Positions 19,443 to 30,135 of a stretch of DNA of 64,000 bases are shown here, piece by piece. The position numbers and the translations under genes are program-made. The notes beneath the pieces were generated by a model, which saw only the letters and a list, made by a program, of their open reading frames with translations, was not told the DNA's origin and did not search any database. Origin of the DNA: a bacterium (GTDB taxonomy: Bacteria; 4484-113; JAGGVC01); assembly GCA_021158185.1 (NCBI GenBank), contig JAGGVC010000099.1, positions 1,016-65,015 on the forward strand. The letters run 5' to 3'. The stretch's first letter is position 1; each line of letters begins with the position of its first letter.

Positions 19443-20609
19443 ATGACAGCAGGGATAAAGGTAATCACGGTTTTCGGGACGCGCCCCGAAGCGATCAAGA
19501 TGGCCCCGGTTGTGGTCGAGTTAACGCGGAATTCGTCCGTCATCACGCACCGCCTTGCGGTTACTGCGCAGCATCGCGAACTTCTCGACAGCGTTCTCGA
19601 TCTGTTCAATCTGGAGCCTGATCTTGATCTGGACATTATGCAGCGCGGGCAGTCGCTTCAGCACATTACATCCGCAACACTTGACGGACTTACAACGTAC
19701 CTCGAAGCAGAGAGGCCCGATCTCGTACTTGTTCATGGCGATACGACGACGACTTTCGCAACGGCTCTCGCCGCTTTTTACCTCAGGATTCCTGTTGCGC
19801 ACGTCGAGGCGGGACTGAGGACGGGTAACCGCTTCGTTCCGTTTCCCGAAGAGATGAACCGAAGGCTCACAGACGAGCTTGTGACATTTTTTCTTGCGCC
19901 GACTGTGCGCGCCAAGAGGAGACTTCTCGAAAGGGAGATTGAGGAAGAGAGCATTTTCGTCACCGGAAACACCGTCGTCGACGCACTTCAAGATATTGCA
20001 GCGCGCGAGCACAGCTTCTCTGATAAAAGAATTGCGTCGTTCCTGGAAAGCGGAAGCAGTGATTCATTCAGGATTCTTTTTACGATGCACCGTCGAGAAA
20101 GCTGGGGAGTGCCGATGCGGGCGATTTTCGAGAGTCTGGCGTCTTATCTCGAAGCGAATCCCGGCATTAAAGTTATTTATCCTGTCCATCCAAATCCCGT
20201 GGTGAGCGAGCCGGCCAACAAAATCCTTGGCGGGATAGAAGCGGTAACTCTCGTTGACGCCCTCGATTACCTGAACTTCGTGCACCTTATGAAAGGCTGC
20301 GACCTTATCGTGAGCGACTCTGGAGGAATCCAGGAGGAGGCGCCGAGCCTTGGTAAGTACACTCTGATTCTGCGTGAAGCAACCGAGCGGCCCGAGGTTG
20401 TAGACTCTGGATTTGCAGAGCTGTGCGGGAACGATCCCGCAAGGCTGATTCCAGCGCTCGACAGGGCTGTTTCACTCGCTAGAAAAGGCGAGATACTACC
20501 TGCCAATTTAAGGAATCCTATTGGTGACGGGCAGTCCGCAAAGCGGACGGTGAGCTTTCTTTTGTACAAATTCGGGTTGGCGGATTCTACCGAAGCCGAG
20601 TTTGAATAA
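19443..20609 (+). CDS. wecB: UDP-N-acetylglucosamine 2-epimerase (non-hydrolysing)
   Basis: FGTRPEAIKMAP, VHGDT, HVEAGLR, PFPEE.NR, SDSGGIQEEAP. Confidence 0.96.
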   Translation: MTAGIKVITVFGTRPEAIKMAPVVVELTRNSSVITHRLAVTAQHRELLDSVLDLFNLEPDLDLDIMQRGQSLQHITSATLDGLTTYLEAERPDLVLVHGDTTTTFATALAAFYLRIPVAHVEAGLRTGNRFVPFPEEMNRRLTDELVTFFLAPTVRAKRRLLEREIEEESIFVTGNTVVDALQDIAAREHSFSDKRIASFLESGSSDSFRILFTMHRRESWGVPMRAIFESLASYLEANPGIKVIYPVHPNPVVSEPANKILGGIEAVTLVDALDYLNFVHLMKGCDLIVSDSGGIQEEAPSLGKYTLILREATERPEVVDSGFAELCGNDPARLIPALDRAVSLARKGEILPANLRNPIGDGQSAKRTVSFLLYKFGLADSTEAEFE

Positions 20610-20652
20610 TGAAATACAGCATTCGAGGTGAAGCCTCTTGTATAATGCCCTT

Positions 20653-21438
20653 GTGGACGGAAGCAATCTCAGACTTGGTATTTTAGGCTGCGGAGCAATC
20701 GGCAGCGAAGTCGCGCGCGCGGTGGATCGCGGCGTGATCGATTACGAGCTTGCCGCGCTTTGTGATATAAAGGCAGAAGCTGCTGAAACGCTCGCAAACG
20801 GGCTTGCGCATCAGAATCCGCGGATTCTCGATTTGCCCCAGCTTATAGCGGCCAGCGATGTGATCCTTGAAAGTGCGCAACAGAGCATTGTGCCCGATGT
20901 CGTTCTTCCAGCGGTGATGCAGGGAAAAACCGCCGTTGTGATGAGCGTTGGCGGCATCGCGCTGCTCGATGATGCAGCAATGGCAAACATTCTTGGATCG
21001 AGCGGGAAGGTGCACATTCCAAGCGGCGCTGTGGGAGGTATCGACGCGCTCCTCGCAGCGAAGGAATCGGGTATTACGAGTGTGATTCTGACGACGCGAA
21101 AGCCGCCCGTCGCGCTCGGGCGCGATGATGATACCGAGACTGTCATTTTTGAGGGAAGCGCGGAGGATGCGGTCGCCGCGTTTCCGAAGAACATAAACGT
21201 CGCGATGACGATCAGGCTTGCGATAGGAGCGGATGTTCCGTTTACCGTGCGCATCGTTTCGGATCCCGACGCGAAGTCGAACACGCATCGGATCGAGGCA
21301 TCCGCGGGAACGGGCAGGATGGTGATGAAGTTCGAGAACGAGTCTCATCCGATTGTCAAGCGCACGAGCTATCTTGCTCCGATGTCTGCAATCGCGCTTC
21401 TCCGCAAGCTTGGAAGCAAGCTCACCATCGGAGCCTAG
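20653..21438 (+). CDS. nadX: L-aspartate dehydrogenase
   Basis: GCGAIG Rossmann motif, PSGAVGGID, RKPP, FPKNINVA, NTH, TSYLA; next to nadC. GTG 20653 lies 6 nt after TATAAT. Confidence 0.9.
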   Translation: MDGSNLRLGILGCGAIGSEVARAVDRGVIDYELAALCDIKAEAAETLANGLAHQNPRILDLPQLIAASDVILESAQQSIVPDVVLPAVMQGKTAVVMSVGGIALLDDAAMANILGSSGKVHIPSGAVGGIDALLAAKESGITSVILTTRKPPVALGRDDDTETVIFEGSAEDAVAAFPKNINVAMTIRLAIGADVPFTVRIVSDPDAKSNTHRIEASAGTGRMVMKFENESHPIVKRTSYLAPMSAIALLRKLGSKLTIGA

Positions 21439-21476
21439 GGCAACCGGTTTCACCGTACCTGTTTTGGGAGAGGATA

Positions 21477-22301
21477 GTGCTTTCAGATAGGGAACTTATA
21501 AAGCTCGCGATTGACGAGGATCTCGGTACAGGCGATATTACTACCGATGCCATTCTGGGCAGATCATCGGGCACCGTTAATGCTGTTGTTGCTGCGAGGG
21601 AGCAAGGAGTGCTGTCGGGCTCTGAGCTGATAGAGCTTGTATTTCAAGGGCTCGGCAGCAGTGTAAAAATTGAGCGGCTTATCGAGGACGGTTCGGAATT
21701 CGAGAAAGGTACAGTGCTTGCAGAGCTTGGCGGTGATACAGCTACCATCCTCAAGGGTGAGAGGCTGGTGCTGAATTTTCTCTCGCATCTCTCAGGCGTA
21801 GCAACGCATACGGCCAGGCTGGCAAGGATTATCAGTGATTACAACGCTAAGCTTCTGGATACCCGGAAGACAACTCCGCTTCTGCGGAAATGGGAGAAGC
21901 GTGCTGTGGTTCACGGCGGGGGCGTAAGTCACCGCATGGGGCTCTACGACCATGTTCTGATCAAGGACAATCACATCGCGGCGGCAGGTTCGATAGAGGC
22001 TGCGATCGCGCGCGCGCGCGCGAACTGCTCGCCGGTACACAAGATCGAGATAGAGATCGACAGCCTCGATCATCTCGAAACGGTGGTTGAGCTTGAAGTT
22101 GACTGGGTGATGCTGGATAACATGAGCGCTGATGATGTTCGGAAGGCGGCTGCATACTGCAACGGGAAAGTCATCCTCGAAGCGAGCGGCGGGATTACTG
22201 CCGAAACGATCGTTGAATATGCAAAGACCGGCGTGGATTACATATCCTGCGGCGATTTGATCAAGGGCGCCCGTCCAATCGACATCGGTATCGACTTTTG
22301 A
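21477..22301 (+). CDS. nadC: Quinolinate phosphoribosyltransferase
   Basis: EDLG.GDITT, DTRKTTP, HRMGLYD.VLIKDNH, MLDNM, EASGGI. Confidence 0.97.
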   Translation: MLSDRELIKLAIDEDLGTGDITTDAILGRSSGTVNAVVAAREQGVLSGSELIELVFQGLGSSVKIERLIEDGSEFEKGTVLAELGGDTATILKGERLVLNFLSHLSGVATHTARLARIISDYNAKLLDTRKTTPLLRKWEKRAVVHGGGVSHRMGLYDHVLIKDNHIAAAGSIEAAIARARANCSPVHKIEIEIDSLDHLETVVELEVDWVMLDNMSADDVRKAAAYCNGKVILEASGGITAETIVEYAKTGVDYISCGDLIKGARPIDIGIDF

Positions 22302-22386
22302 TTTCATTACTACTCTTCGTTGCGACTTGCGGTCAAACGGGATCGGAGCTTGGAGTTCATTTATTATCGAGCGTTCGAGGTACAAA

Positions 22387-23151
22387 ATGCTTGTAGTTAC
22401 GGACATTGGAAATACTCACACCGTTTTCGGGATTTATCAGGGTGAAGAGCTTCTCGGACACTGGCGCGTGGTCAGTGCCACCCATCGTACATCCGACGAA
22501 TACGCCGCATACGTTTCGAGCCTTCTCGCAAGCCGGCACTTCTCCGCGGATGAAATCGAGGGCGGGATTCTTGGCAGCGTAGTTCCTCAGCTCACGAGCG
22601 TGTGGAGCAAGGTGTGGATGCAGGTCGCAGGAATCGAGCTTTTGTGCGTCGAACCGGGAATGAAAACCGGGCTTGATATCCACTACGAAGATCCCCGCGA
22701 GGTCGGCGCAGACCGTATTGCCAACTCGGTAGCAGCCATCGCGAAGTATGGCGCTCCTATTATTATCGTAGATTTCGGTACTGCAACAACCTTTGATGTC
22801 TGCCAGAAGCCGAATATCTATCTGGGCGGAATGATCGCGCCTGGGGTACAGCTCGCGCTCGAAGCGCTTACAGGGCGCGCCGCGCGTCTGCCGAGAGTCG
22901 AGCTTGCTCCGCCCGAATCGGTGGTGGGAAGAAACACCGTCCAGGCCATTCTTTCAGGTACGTTTTTTGGCAACGTATCGCTTGTGGACGGCCTGATCCG
23001 CAGGACTTGGGATGAACTCCAATGCGAGACCGTTGTCGTTGCAACAGGAGGTCTCGGCGAAATAATGTTCAGCCACAGCGATTTGATAGGTCATTACGAG
23101 CCGGATCTCACGCTGGACGGTCTCAGCATGATTTACAGAATGAACATGTAA
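22387..23151 (+). CDS. coaX: Type III pantothenate kinase
   Basis: DIGNT, GADRIAN, VDFGTATT, GGMIAPG, ATGG; GAGGT SD before ATG 22387. Confidence 0.96.
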   Translation: MLVVTDIGNTHTVFGIYQGEELLGHWRVVSATHRTSDEYAAYVSSLLASRHFSADEIEGGILGSVVPQLTSVWSKVWMQVAGIELLCVEPGMKTGLDIHYEDPREVGADRIANSVAAIAKYGAPIIIVDFGTATTFDVCQKPNIYLGGMIAPGVQLALEALTGRAARLPRVELAPPESVVGRNTVQAILSGTFFGNVSLVDGLIRRTWDELQCETVVVATGGLGEIMFSHSDLIGHYEPDLTLDGLSMIYRMNM

Positions 23152-23156
23152 AGCGT

Positions 23157-24731
23157 CTAGCGTTCCTTTTCGTTCAAATCCAGGATTTCTGCGTTGATTT
23201 CGGACTGAAGTTCTTCCGCAACTTCGGGGCTGAGGATCTCATCGATTGTCGCGCGTGAAAGCGCCGCCCGTTGTGCGTGCATTATCGTCAGGTTAATACG
23301 CGCCCTCTGTTTGGCGGTGAGTTCCGGATTTTCCCCGATCAGATTGTCTATTTCCAAGCTTAGCACTTCTACTTTATTCCGCCACCGTTCGATTTTCTCC
23401 TCGAATATCGACAGGGGCATATGCTGTTTCTCGAATAGATATTCGAGCTGCGTTATTGCGCTTTGGGCGGAGATAAACTCGCCGAGCAAATGATCGTAAC
23501 GGATCTGTTCCTCACTCTTCGTGAATGCGAGGCCAAAACGCCTGAGCAGCGGTTTGATGGTCATTCCCTGGAGTACAAGCGAAATGAAAACCACGCCGAA
23601 TGTAATGACCAGTATCGTGTCCCGTTCAGGCAGATCGGATGGAAGGCCGAGAACGAGCGCCATCGGCAGGCTTCCACGCAGTCCGCCCCAGAACAGAACA
23701 ACCTGCTCGCGCGAAGCGATTCGCTCGCGTAATGCGTTTGCAATCGCTGCAATTGGAAACACTGCGAGCGCCCTTGCGAAGAGTACAATAACGAACGCCG
23801 CAACTACGATGAAAAGGTTGAGTTGAAGCCTGTCGGGGTTGCCGAGAATATCCACGACCTCTCGCCCCACCAGGATAAAAATGACGCTGTTCACAGCAAA
23901 TGCGATGTATTCCCAAAATGAATGTACTGCGACCTGGGTCGTGGATGACATTCCCTTTTTCACACCGTAATTTCCGATGACAAGCCCGCTGACGACAACC
24001 GTAATTACGCCGCTGACGTGCCAGAATTCGGCAAGCGCGAATCCGCCGAAGACGAGTATTGTCGTGATTGTTATTTCGATCAGATGGTCGTCCACGAGTT
24101 CGAAAATCTTGCTGAAGATTATGCCGAGTGCGAAGCCCAGGATAATGCCGCCTACCGCGACCTTTACGAATTCGACGATTGCGAACTGAAGCGAGAACGC
24201 GACGTGGCCGATCACGATCGCGCGGACGATGTTGTAGATGACAACCGCCGTTCCGTCGTTGAAAAGCGATTCGCCGTCAACGAGGATGGAGAGGTTTCTC
24301 GATACTCCGAGTTGCTTGAAAATCGCAAGTACGCTTATCGGGTCGGTTGCGCTGATCACCGCGCCGAAGAGGAGAGCTGTCGCAAAATCGAGGTGCGTGA
24401 TCAACGTGATGAGCCAAGCCACGACGAATGTTGAAAGAATGACCCCGAAGACTGCCAGCATCGAGATGATTTTTGCGCGCTTTCTGAGCGTGTGGAATTG
24501 AATGTGGAGCGTGGCTTCGAAAAGGAGCGGCGGGAGAAACAGCACGAAAACGAGTTCTTCCCTGAGGTGCAGCTCGTCGGGCACGAGATTGAGGAAACCG
24601 AGGATCAGACCGACGAATACAAGTGCGATCGAATATGGAATGCGGATGCGCTTTGTCATTGCAGCAGTGAAGCTTGCCGCCGCTAAGAGCATTATTGCCG
24701 TAAAAACGAAATGCGTGATATTGCCGTGCAA
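23157..24731 (-). CDS. CPA1-family Na+/H+ antiporter (NhaP/NhaG-like)
   Basis: FLPPLLFE, SATDP, GESLFNDG, WGGLRG; TTG start with GGAGG SD. Confidence 0.92.
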   Translation of the reverse strand: MHGNITHFVFTAIMLLAAASFTAAMTKRIRIPYSIALVFVGLILGFLNLVPDELHLREELVFVLFLPPLLFEATLHIQFHTLRKRAKIISMLAVFGVILSTFVVAWLITLITHLDFATALLFGAVISATDPISVLAIFKQLGVSRNLSILVDGESLFNDGTAVVIYNIVRAIVIGHVAFSLQFAIVEFVKVAVGGIILGFALGIIFSKIFELVDDHLIEITITTILVFGGFALAEFWHVSGVITVVVSGLVIGNYGVKKGMSSTTQVAVHSFWEYIAFAVNSVIFILVGREVVDILGNPDRLQLNLFIVVAAFVIVLFARALAVFPIAAIANALRERIASREQVVLFWGGLRGSLPMALVLGLPSDLPERDTILVITFGVVFISLVLQGMTIKPLLRRFGLAFTKSEEQIRYDHLLGEFISAQSAITQLEYLFEKQHMPLSIFEEKIERWRNKVEVLSLEIDNLIGENPELTAKQRARINLTIMHAQRAALSRATIDEILSPEVAEELQSEINAEILDLNEKER

Positions 24732-24873
24732 GAAATCCTCCAGAATCGTCTGCCATTGACCTGACCTGGAAAATATATCACAAATGAATAATAGTACGGC
24801 ACCGTCGTCTTGATAGGGTGGGATGATAACCCTCTGGTAGAATCTGTTTCACCGAATTCCGGAGGACTTGATT

Positions 24874-27800
24874 ATGGGGTTTGGCGCACTAGTGAAGAAA
24901 TACGCGGGATTATCACATCCCGCGGCCGCGGCTCTGCCGATAATGATGCTCGCATTTGCACTGCTGCCGCTGATTGCCGGCTGCGAAGGGCTTGGTTCGT
25001 TCGGCGCGCCGTCTGAACGCACCGAGTCGAGAGATCCTGCGGAGGAAGAAGCAGAGAATGAACCGCCGAAGACTGCTACCGAGGGCAGTACTTACATAGG
25101 TCCAAATGGCGGAATCGTAGATTTCGGAGGTTGCAGGCTTTCTGTTCCGCACGGCCTGCTTCGAGATAAGGAGTATTTCACTATTCGTTTTCCTGAGGAA
25201 CAGGACGAGGACGTTATAACCGGCACGAATTACGTGATAATTCCTCACGGAAAAACTTTCGACCGTCCGGCACTTCTTGAGATCGAATATGATCCCTCAA
25301 ATCTGATTGAGGGTGTCAATGCGGAAGATCTCGTTGCTGCAGTATTTGTGGACGGCGTGTGGCAGGAGCTTGGGAAAAGCCGCGTCGATACAGACCGGCA
25401 CATCGTGGCATCACCTGTCACGTTCATCGGAAGCTTCGGTCTTATTGAAAGAAGCGAAAGCCGGATCAAGCTTAACACTCCGCCGGAAGCAGTCATCGAA
25501 ACCGCCGATCTTCCCCTAGACAACGGCAGACTGAAGATTTTGTACGATGCAAGTGGCTCGGCGGATAGTGACGGCAAGATCGTGCGCTACGACTGGGATT
25601 TTGACTGCGACGGCGTCTTCGACTACACGGGTAGAGGGAAAGATGCAGATGCATCGTACATCTTTCCGCAGGTCGGCAAGTATACGACGGTTCTCAAGGT
25701 TACGGACGACAACAGAAATCCTGCGAGCACGATTTCGACAGTAGTTGTTGAAGTGGACGAGCTTTTCCCGCCCGATCCGCCTGGGAAACTCGATATCAAC
25801 ATCACGACTTTCCCTCCGACCGGTAAGGTGCCAATTACGATCGACTTTGCTGCGAGCGCCGTAGGCGGTCTTGGGCCTTACATTATCCTCTGGGACTTCG
25901 GCGGGAGCGTTACATCCGATATCTTCAACCCATCCATGACGTTCAAAAAGGCTGGCAAGGAGAAGATTCTCGTTTACCTGAGTGATCAATCCGGGCAGGA
26001 GATTGCGCGTGAGATAACACTCAACCTCAAGGGCAGCGAAGCTCCGTCCGGAGACACCGGGCAGTTTGCGATATCACTTGTTGAAAGCAAAAGCGAGGGC
26101 AGGGCGCCTCTCACTGTGGATTTCACTCTGAAGTTCAAGAATGCCAAAGAGCCCGTCAGATGGAAGGCGCTTTTCGGGGATGAGCGGGAAGATGCGCTGC
26201 CGGTGATGGGAGAGGGAAAGACCATTACACATACGTTCAACCGCGCGGGGATGTATCTCGTTGACATAATTGCGACGGATGCAAACCAGAACGTCGATTC
26301 CGCATTCACGCTCATAAAAGTTGCGCCTACGGATACGAGGGATGTTCCTGTCGAAGGCGAGGAAAGCGCTGCGGGATTCTACGAAGCGCGCAGGGGACGT
26401 ATCAAGGCAGTTGCGATGGTGAGCGAAGACGACCCGATGACGCTGAGCTTCGAACTGGCGGGCTTTTCCGGTGACGATCATGATTTCATCAGCTGGAATT
26501 TCGGCGACGGCTACCATTCGAATGAGACTGCCCCGACTCACACCTATACGCGCGAGGGTGTTTACGAAGCGGCTGTCGAATATCACGAGTACGGCGCGAA
26601 GAAGATTCGGAGAATCTGGATTCCTGCTTCGAAATCACCTGCTGTAGCTGTCCAGATGCCTTCGGATGTCAAAGGGCTCGCACCGTTCGAAGTTTCGCCA
26701 GCAGCAGTTGTTACAGGCATTAAGGGCGACGTGCATTACGCGTGGGACTTTGGAGATGGCGAGACATCGGCTGATACCGAACCGTGTCATGTTTATACGG
26801 AACCCGGGAATTTCAGTCTGAAACTCGAAGTGTCGGATGCTGAAGGTGAAATGAGTGCATCCAGCGATATCGTAACGATAACGGTTTTGCCCAAGGCTGT
26901 CCGCTTCGATAAGCCGGTTGCATATCTTAACGACGTGAAGGCTGAAGGCGGTCAGGTTGCGCGGGTTCTTCGGCTTGGCGGGCTCGACGGGGTGCAGTCT
27001 TATGAGATACCTGCGGAACCTGTAGCGGATCGCGCGTTTGCGCCCGTGCTTAGTTCGGGATGCGGATTTGTGGGGTATGCCACATCGGACGGCATCGAAG
27101 TGCGGGAGACCGGATCGGGACGCGTTTCCTACGAATACACGCCGGTTGAAGGCGTTGTGACAGGAGTTTTCATTTCACGCTTCGGCGACCGCGTTTTCAT
27201 AAACCTTGAGAAGGAGTCGGGCAGGGGCGTTGCATATTGCCATTCCGTAGAAAGCGGGATGGTGAGCGTCACACCGGATGGTGTAAGTGCGCGGATTGCT
27301 GGAATCACCCAGGATGGATACCAGTTCCTTCTGCTGAGCGAAGAGAATGATTCACAATGTTCGATGAGCCTCGTTACATGGAACGATGAAGCAGGAGTGT
27401 GGGACGAGCCCGTGAAAATCGCGGATGCGGTTGGCGAAGGTGCGATAAGTTCGGATGGTAGCATGATTCTCGCTTTGATGAACGACAGATCCATATTCGA
27501 GTTCAGCTCATGGAAGGAGGAGCCTGCGGAGATCTGCGGAACTCCTCGCGGGAAGCGCGCCCTTGCAGTTTCCGACGACGGAGATACCGCCGCATGGCTC
27601 GAGGATTCGGGCTCGGATGCATGGGACATCATGATCGCGCGCCGAAACGACGATGACCGCTTCGTTTTTGAAAATCTAACGAGTCTTGTTTCGATAAAGG
27701 CTGAATCGCTTTCGATCGTACCGGACGGCTCCGCGCTAGTCGTTTACGCTATACACGATGTACCCGCAGAACCAAATGGCGAAGGTGATTCCCCGAAGAA

Positions 27801-27918
27801 GGAATCCGGATTGTTCGCTATCAACCTTCTGGCTGAAGAGCCGGAAGTTTCATTCCTCTGCGAAGCTCTTCCGGAGTTTGCAGCAGGCGTAAGCCTCAGA
27901 CATGGCGCAGGCGGGTAA
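24874..27918 (+). CDS. Large lipoprotein: ZU5-like domain, about five PKD domains, C-terminal TolB-like beta-propeller
   Basis: Lipobox LIAGC; IGPNGG...L.VP.G.L; repeated W[D/N]FGDG...H.Y...G.Y; ISSDGS/VSDDGD/IVPDGS propeller turns. Confidence 0.8.
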   Translation: MGFGALVKKYAGLSHPAAAALPIMMLAFALLPLIAGCEGLGSFGAPSERTESRDPAEEEAENEPPKTATEGSTYIGPNGGIVDFGGCRLSVPHGLLRDKEYFTIRFPEEQDEDVITGTNYVIIPHGKTFDRPALLEIEYDPSNLIEGVNAEDLVAAVFVDGVWQELGKSRVDTDRHIVASPVTFIGSFGLIERSESRIKLNTPPEAVIETADLPLDNGRLKILYDASGSADSDGKIVRYDWDFDCDGVFDYTGRGKDADASYIFPQVGKYTTVLKVTDDNRNPASTISTVVVEVDELFPPDPPGKLDINITTFPPTGKVPITIDFAASAVGGLGPYIILWDFGGSVTSDIFNPSMTFKKAGKEKILVYLSDQSGQEIAREITLNLKGSEAPSGDTGQFAISLVESKSEGRAPLTVDFTLKFKNAKEPVRWKALFGDEREDALPVMGEGKTITHTFNRAGMYLVDIIATDANQNVDSAFTLIKVAPTDTRDVPVEGEESAAGFYEARRGRIKAVAMVSEDDPMTLSFELAGFSGDDHDFISWNFGDGYHSNETAPTHTYTREGVYEAAVEYHEYGAKKIRRIWIPASKSPAVAVQMPSDVKGLAPFEVSPAAVVTGIKGDVHYAWDFGDGETSADTEPCHVYTEPGNFSLKLEVSDAEGEMSASSDIVTITVLPKAVRFDKPVAYLNDVKAEGGQVARVLRLGGLDGVQSYEIPAEPVADRAFAPVLSSGCGFVGYATSDGIEVRETGSGRVSYEYTPVEGVVTGVFISRFGDRVFINLEKESGRGVAYCHSVESGMVSVTPDGVSARIAGITQDGYQFLLLSEENDSQCSMSLVTWNDEAGVWDEPVKIADAVGEGAISSDGSMILALMNDRSIFEFSSWKEEPAEICGTPRGKRALAVSDDGDTAAWLEDSGSDAWDIMIARRNDDDRFVFENLTSLVSIKAESLSIVPDGSALVVYAIHDVPAEPNGEGDSPKKESGLFAINLLAEEPEVSFLCEALPEFAAGVSLRHGAGG

Positions 27919-27999
27919 CAGATTAGGTTGCAGTAAGGAATCTGTGCAGCGCGCAAACGAGCCGCAGCTTTAGAGGATTATCTGTCAGGAACAGCTTCA

Positions 28000-30135
28000 A
28001 TGCCGACGGAAGCATCACCCAGGCTAAGAATCGGAATCGACGTGGGCGGCACCTTCACTCATGGTGTGGTGTTGAACCTGGAGCGCGATGTTGTTGCATC
28101 GGCGCGCTTTCCAACCACACACCGCGCGAAGTTCGGGGTTGCGGAAGGCATAGTCGATGTCCTGAAAGAGCTTCTAGCCAAGGTTGATCCCGCATCGATA
28201 GAGCTTGTCGCACATTCCACGACACAGGCGACGAACGCGATTCTCGAAGGAGATGTAGCTCCTGTAAGCCTCGTTTTAATCCTAAAGGAAACACAAGCGG
28301 CTCTGGCAAGAGCCTTGTTCAGGGAAACGAGTATCGAGCTGAGCGAGTCGAGTCGAATCGAGCTTTCGCTGCATATGATAGGTCACGACGAACTGCCGCC
28401 TGATCAGGTATGGATGAACGAATTCAGGCGGGAAATCAAAGAAACGCCCGTCATTGCGCTGGTGGAATCGCTGGGTACGGACGATCCGACTGGCGAACTT
28501 GAATCGCTTCTCGCAGGTAAGCTTGGCGATGAAGGGCTTCTTGACACGAGAAGTGTCGTCAGGGCGAGTGAGCTTTCTGCGCGTTTAGGGCTTAAGCTTC
28601 GCGCAAAAACCGCTGTGATAAACGCCGCGATGATACCGAAAATTGTCTCGACCGCGCGCTTTACGCGCGATGCCGTCGAACGCGTTCTCCCCGGAAGGAA
28701 GCTCGTTGTGATGAAGAGCGACGGCGGCGTGATGGATGCGGGAATTATGGAGGATCGTCCGCTTAACTGCGTGCTTTCAGGACCTGCCGCGGGTGCGAGT
28801 GCTGCGATCCATATTTCGAAAATCAGCGACGGGATCTTCCTTGAAGTGGGAGGGACTTCCACCGACATAAGCCTAGTTCTCGCGGGCCGCGTTCGCAAGC
28901 GCGCGGCGACACTCGGCGGACATGTCCTCCATACGCGCTCACTCGACCTCAGAACCGTCGGAGTGGGCGGCGGATCGCTTCTGTGGAAAGACGCGCGCGG
29001 TAGCATTCGCTGCGGGCCGCGCAGCGCGCACATACTGGGGCTTTCATACCTGTCGTACCCGCCCAAGCATCTAGATATGAGCAACATCGAACTCGTTTCC
29101 GCTGATTGCCACTCCCCGCACATCTGCTTTGAAGCCGGTGGTGTCGTCTTCGGCGTCACACTTACGGATGCGGCAAATTATCTTGGCATAATCCCGGAAT
29201 CGGATGACGCATTCAGCGATCACCCGCTTGTTCATAGCGGATTTGAGTCCGCTGCAGGCATTCTGGGGAAGAACCCGGAAGTAATCGCCAGGCGGATGAT
29301 TGGTGAGTGCAGAGAGAGAATAATTGCTGTTATCAAGGGACTTGTTGCAGATTACGCAGCAAGACTTGCTGATCTGAGAATCGTAGGCGGCGGCGGTGGT
29401 GTGCACAGTATCGCGGGTGAAGTCGCGCGCGCGATCGGCCTTCCATTCGAGGTTTCGCCGCATCCCGCGGTAATTTCCGCGGTGGGCGCGGCAGCTGCAG
29501 TTTCCACTTTTTCACACGAGGTGTTCTGCCCGAATCCGGGCGAGAGCGATCTCAAGAAGCTCAAGAGCATAGCGGTCATCGAGCTTGAAAAGGCGGGCGT
29601 TCCCTCGGATCAGATCAAGACGACGTTCGAATTCGATTCCAGGCAAAAGCTTCTCCGCATCGAGGCAGAGGGTGCGCTCGGTTTTGAGAGGATGTACGGC
29701 TACCTCGACGACGACAGCATGCATCTTCGTGCAGCGGAGCTTGCGGGTGTGGATCCGGGATCGACGGTGCTCGTACTCAGGCTTGATTTCACGGCGGCTT
29801 ATGTTGCTGCAAGGATAGGCGCAGGTTTTTTCCGAAGGAAGACTGATGTTCTTGTATGTCTCGACAGGTTCGGACGCTCGCTGATTACGCTTTCAGACGC
29901 GATATATGTGCCGTCAAATGAAATGGAGATCGAGGACAGATTTGCCGAGCTTCTTTCCGCCAATACGAGGTACACGGACGGCGGCGAGACCGCGCCTGAA
30001 GTGTACATTATGACTCAAACGGGGCTTGTCGATCTTTCAAGCTTCATCTCACCGGAGCAGATTTTGGGCGCATTAAGGGCGCACAAGGATGAAATATCCG
30101 GTGATTGCCTTCTGATTGTCCGAAAGCGGGGCTAG
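28000..30135 (+). CDS. Hydantoinase/oxoprolinase A-family ATP-dependent enzyme
   Basis: IGIDVGGTFT, HSTT.ATNA.LE, MKSDGG, LSGPAAG, EVGGTSTD, GVGGGS, SAVGAA. Confidence 0.9.
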   Translation: MPTEASPRLRIGIDVGGTFTHGVVLNLERDVVASARFPTTHRAKFGVAEGIVDVLKELLAKVDPASIELVAHSTTQATNAILEGDVAPVSLVLILKETQAALARALFRETSIELSESSRIELSLHMIGHDELPPDQVWMNEFRREIKETPVIALVESLGTDDPTGELESLLAGKLGDEGLLDTRSVVRASELSARLGLKLRAKTAVINAAMIPKIVSTARFTRDAVERVLPGRKLVVMKSDGGVMDAGIMEDRPLNCVLSGPAAGASAAIHISKISDGIFLEVGGTSTDISLVLAGRVRKRAATLGGHVLHTRSLDLRTVGVGGGSLLWKDARGSIRCGPRSAHILGLSYLSYPPKHLDMSNIELVSADCHSPHICFEAGGVVFGVTLTDAANYLGIIPESDDAFSDHPLVHSGFESAAGILGKNPEVIARRMIGECRERIIAVIKGLVADYAARLADLRIVGGGGGVHSIAGEVARAIGLPFEVSPHPAVISAVGAAAAVSTFSHEVFCPNPGESDLKKLKSIAVIELEKAGVPSDQIKTTFEFDSRQKLLRIEAEGALGFERMYGYLDDDSMHLRAAELAGVDPGSTVLVLRLDFTAAYVAARIGAGFFRRKTDVLVCLDRFGRSLITLSDAIYVPSNEMEIEDRFAELLSANTRYTDGGETAPEVYIMTQTGLVDLSSFISPEQILGALRAHKDEISGDCLLIVRKRG

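Noticed and set aside
22006..22023. (CG)8 palindromic run
   Set aside because: Lies in nadC and encodes Ala-Arg repeats with the frame intact; no evidence of phase variation or regulation.
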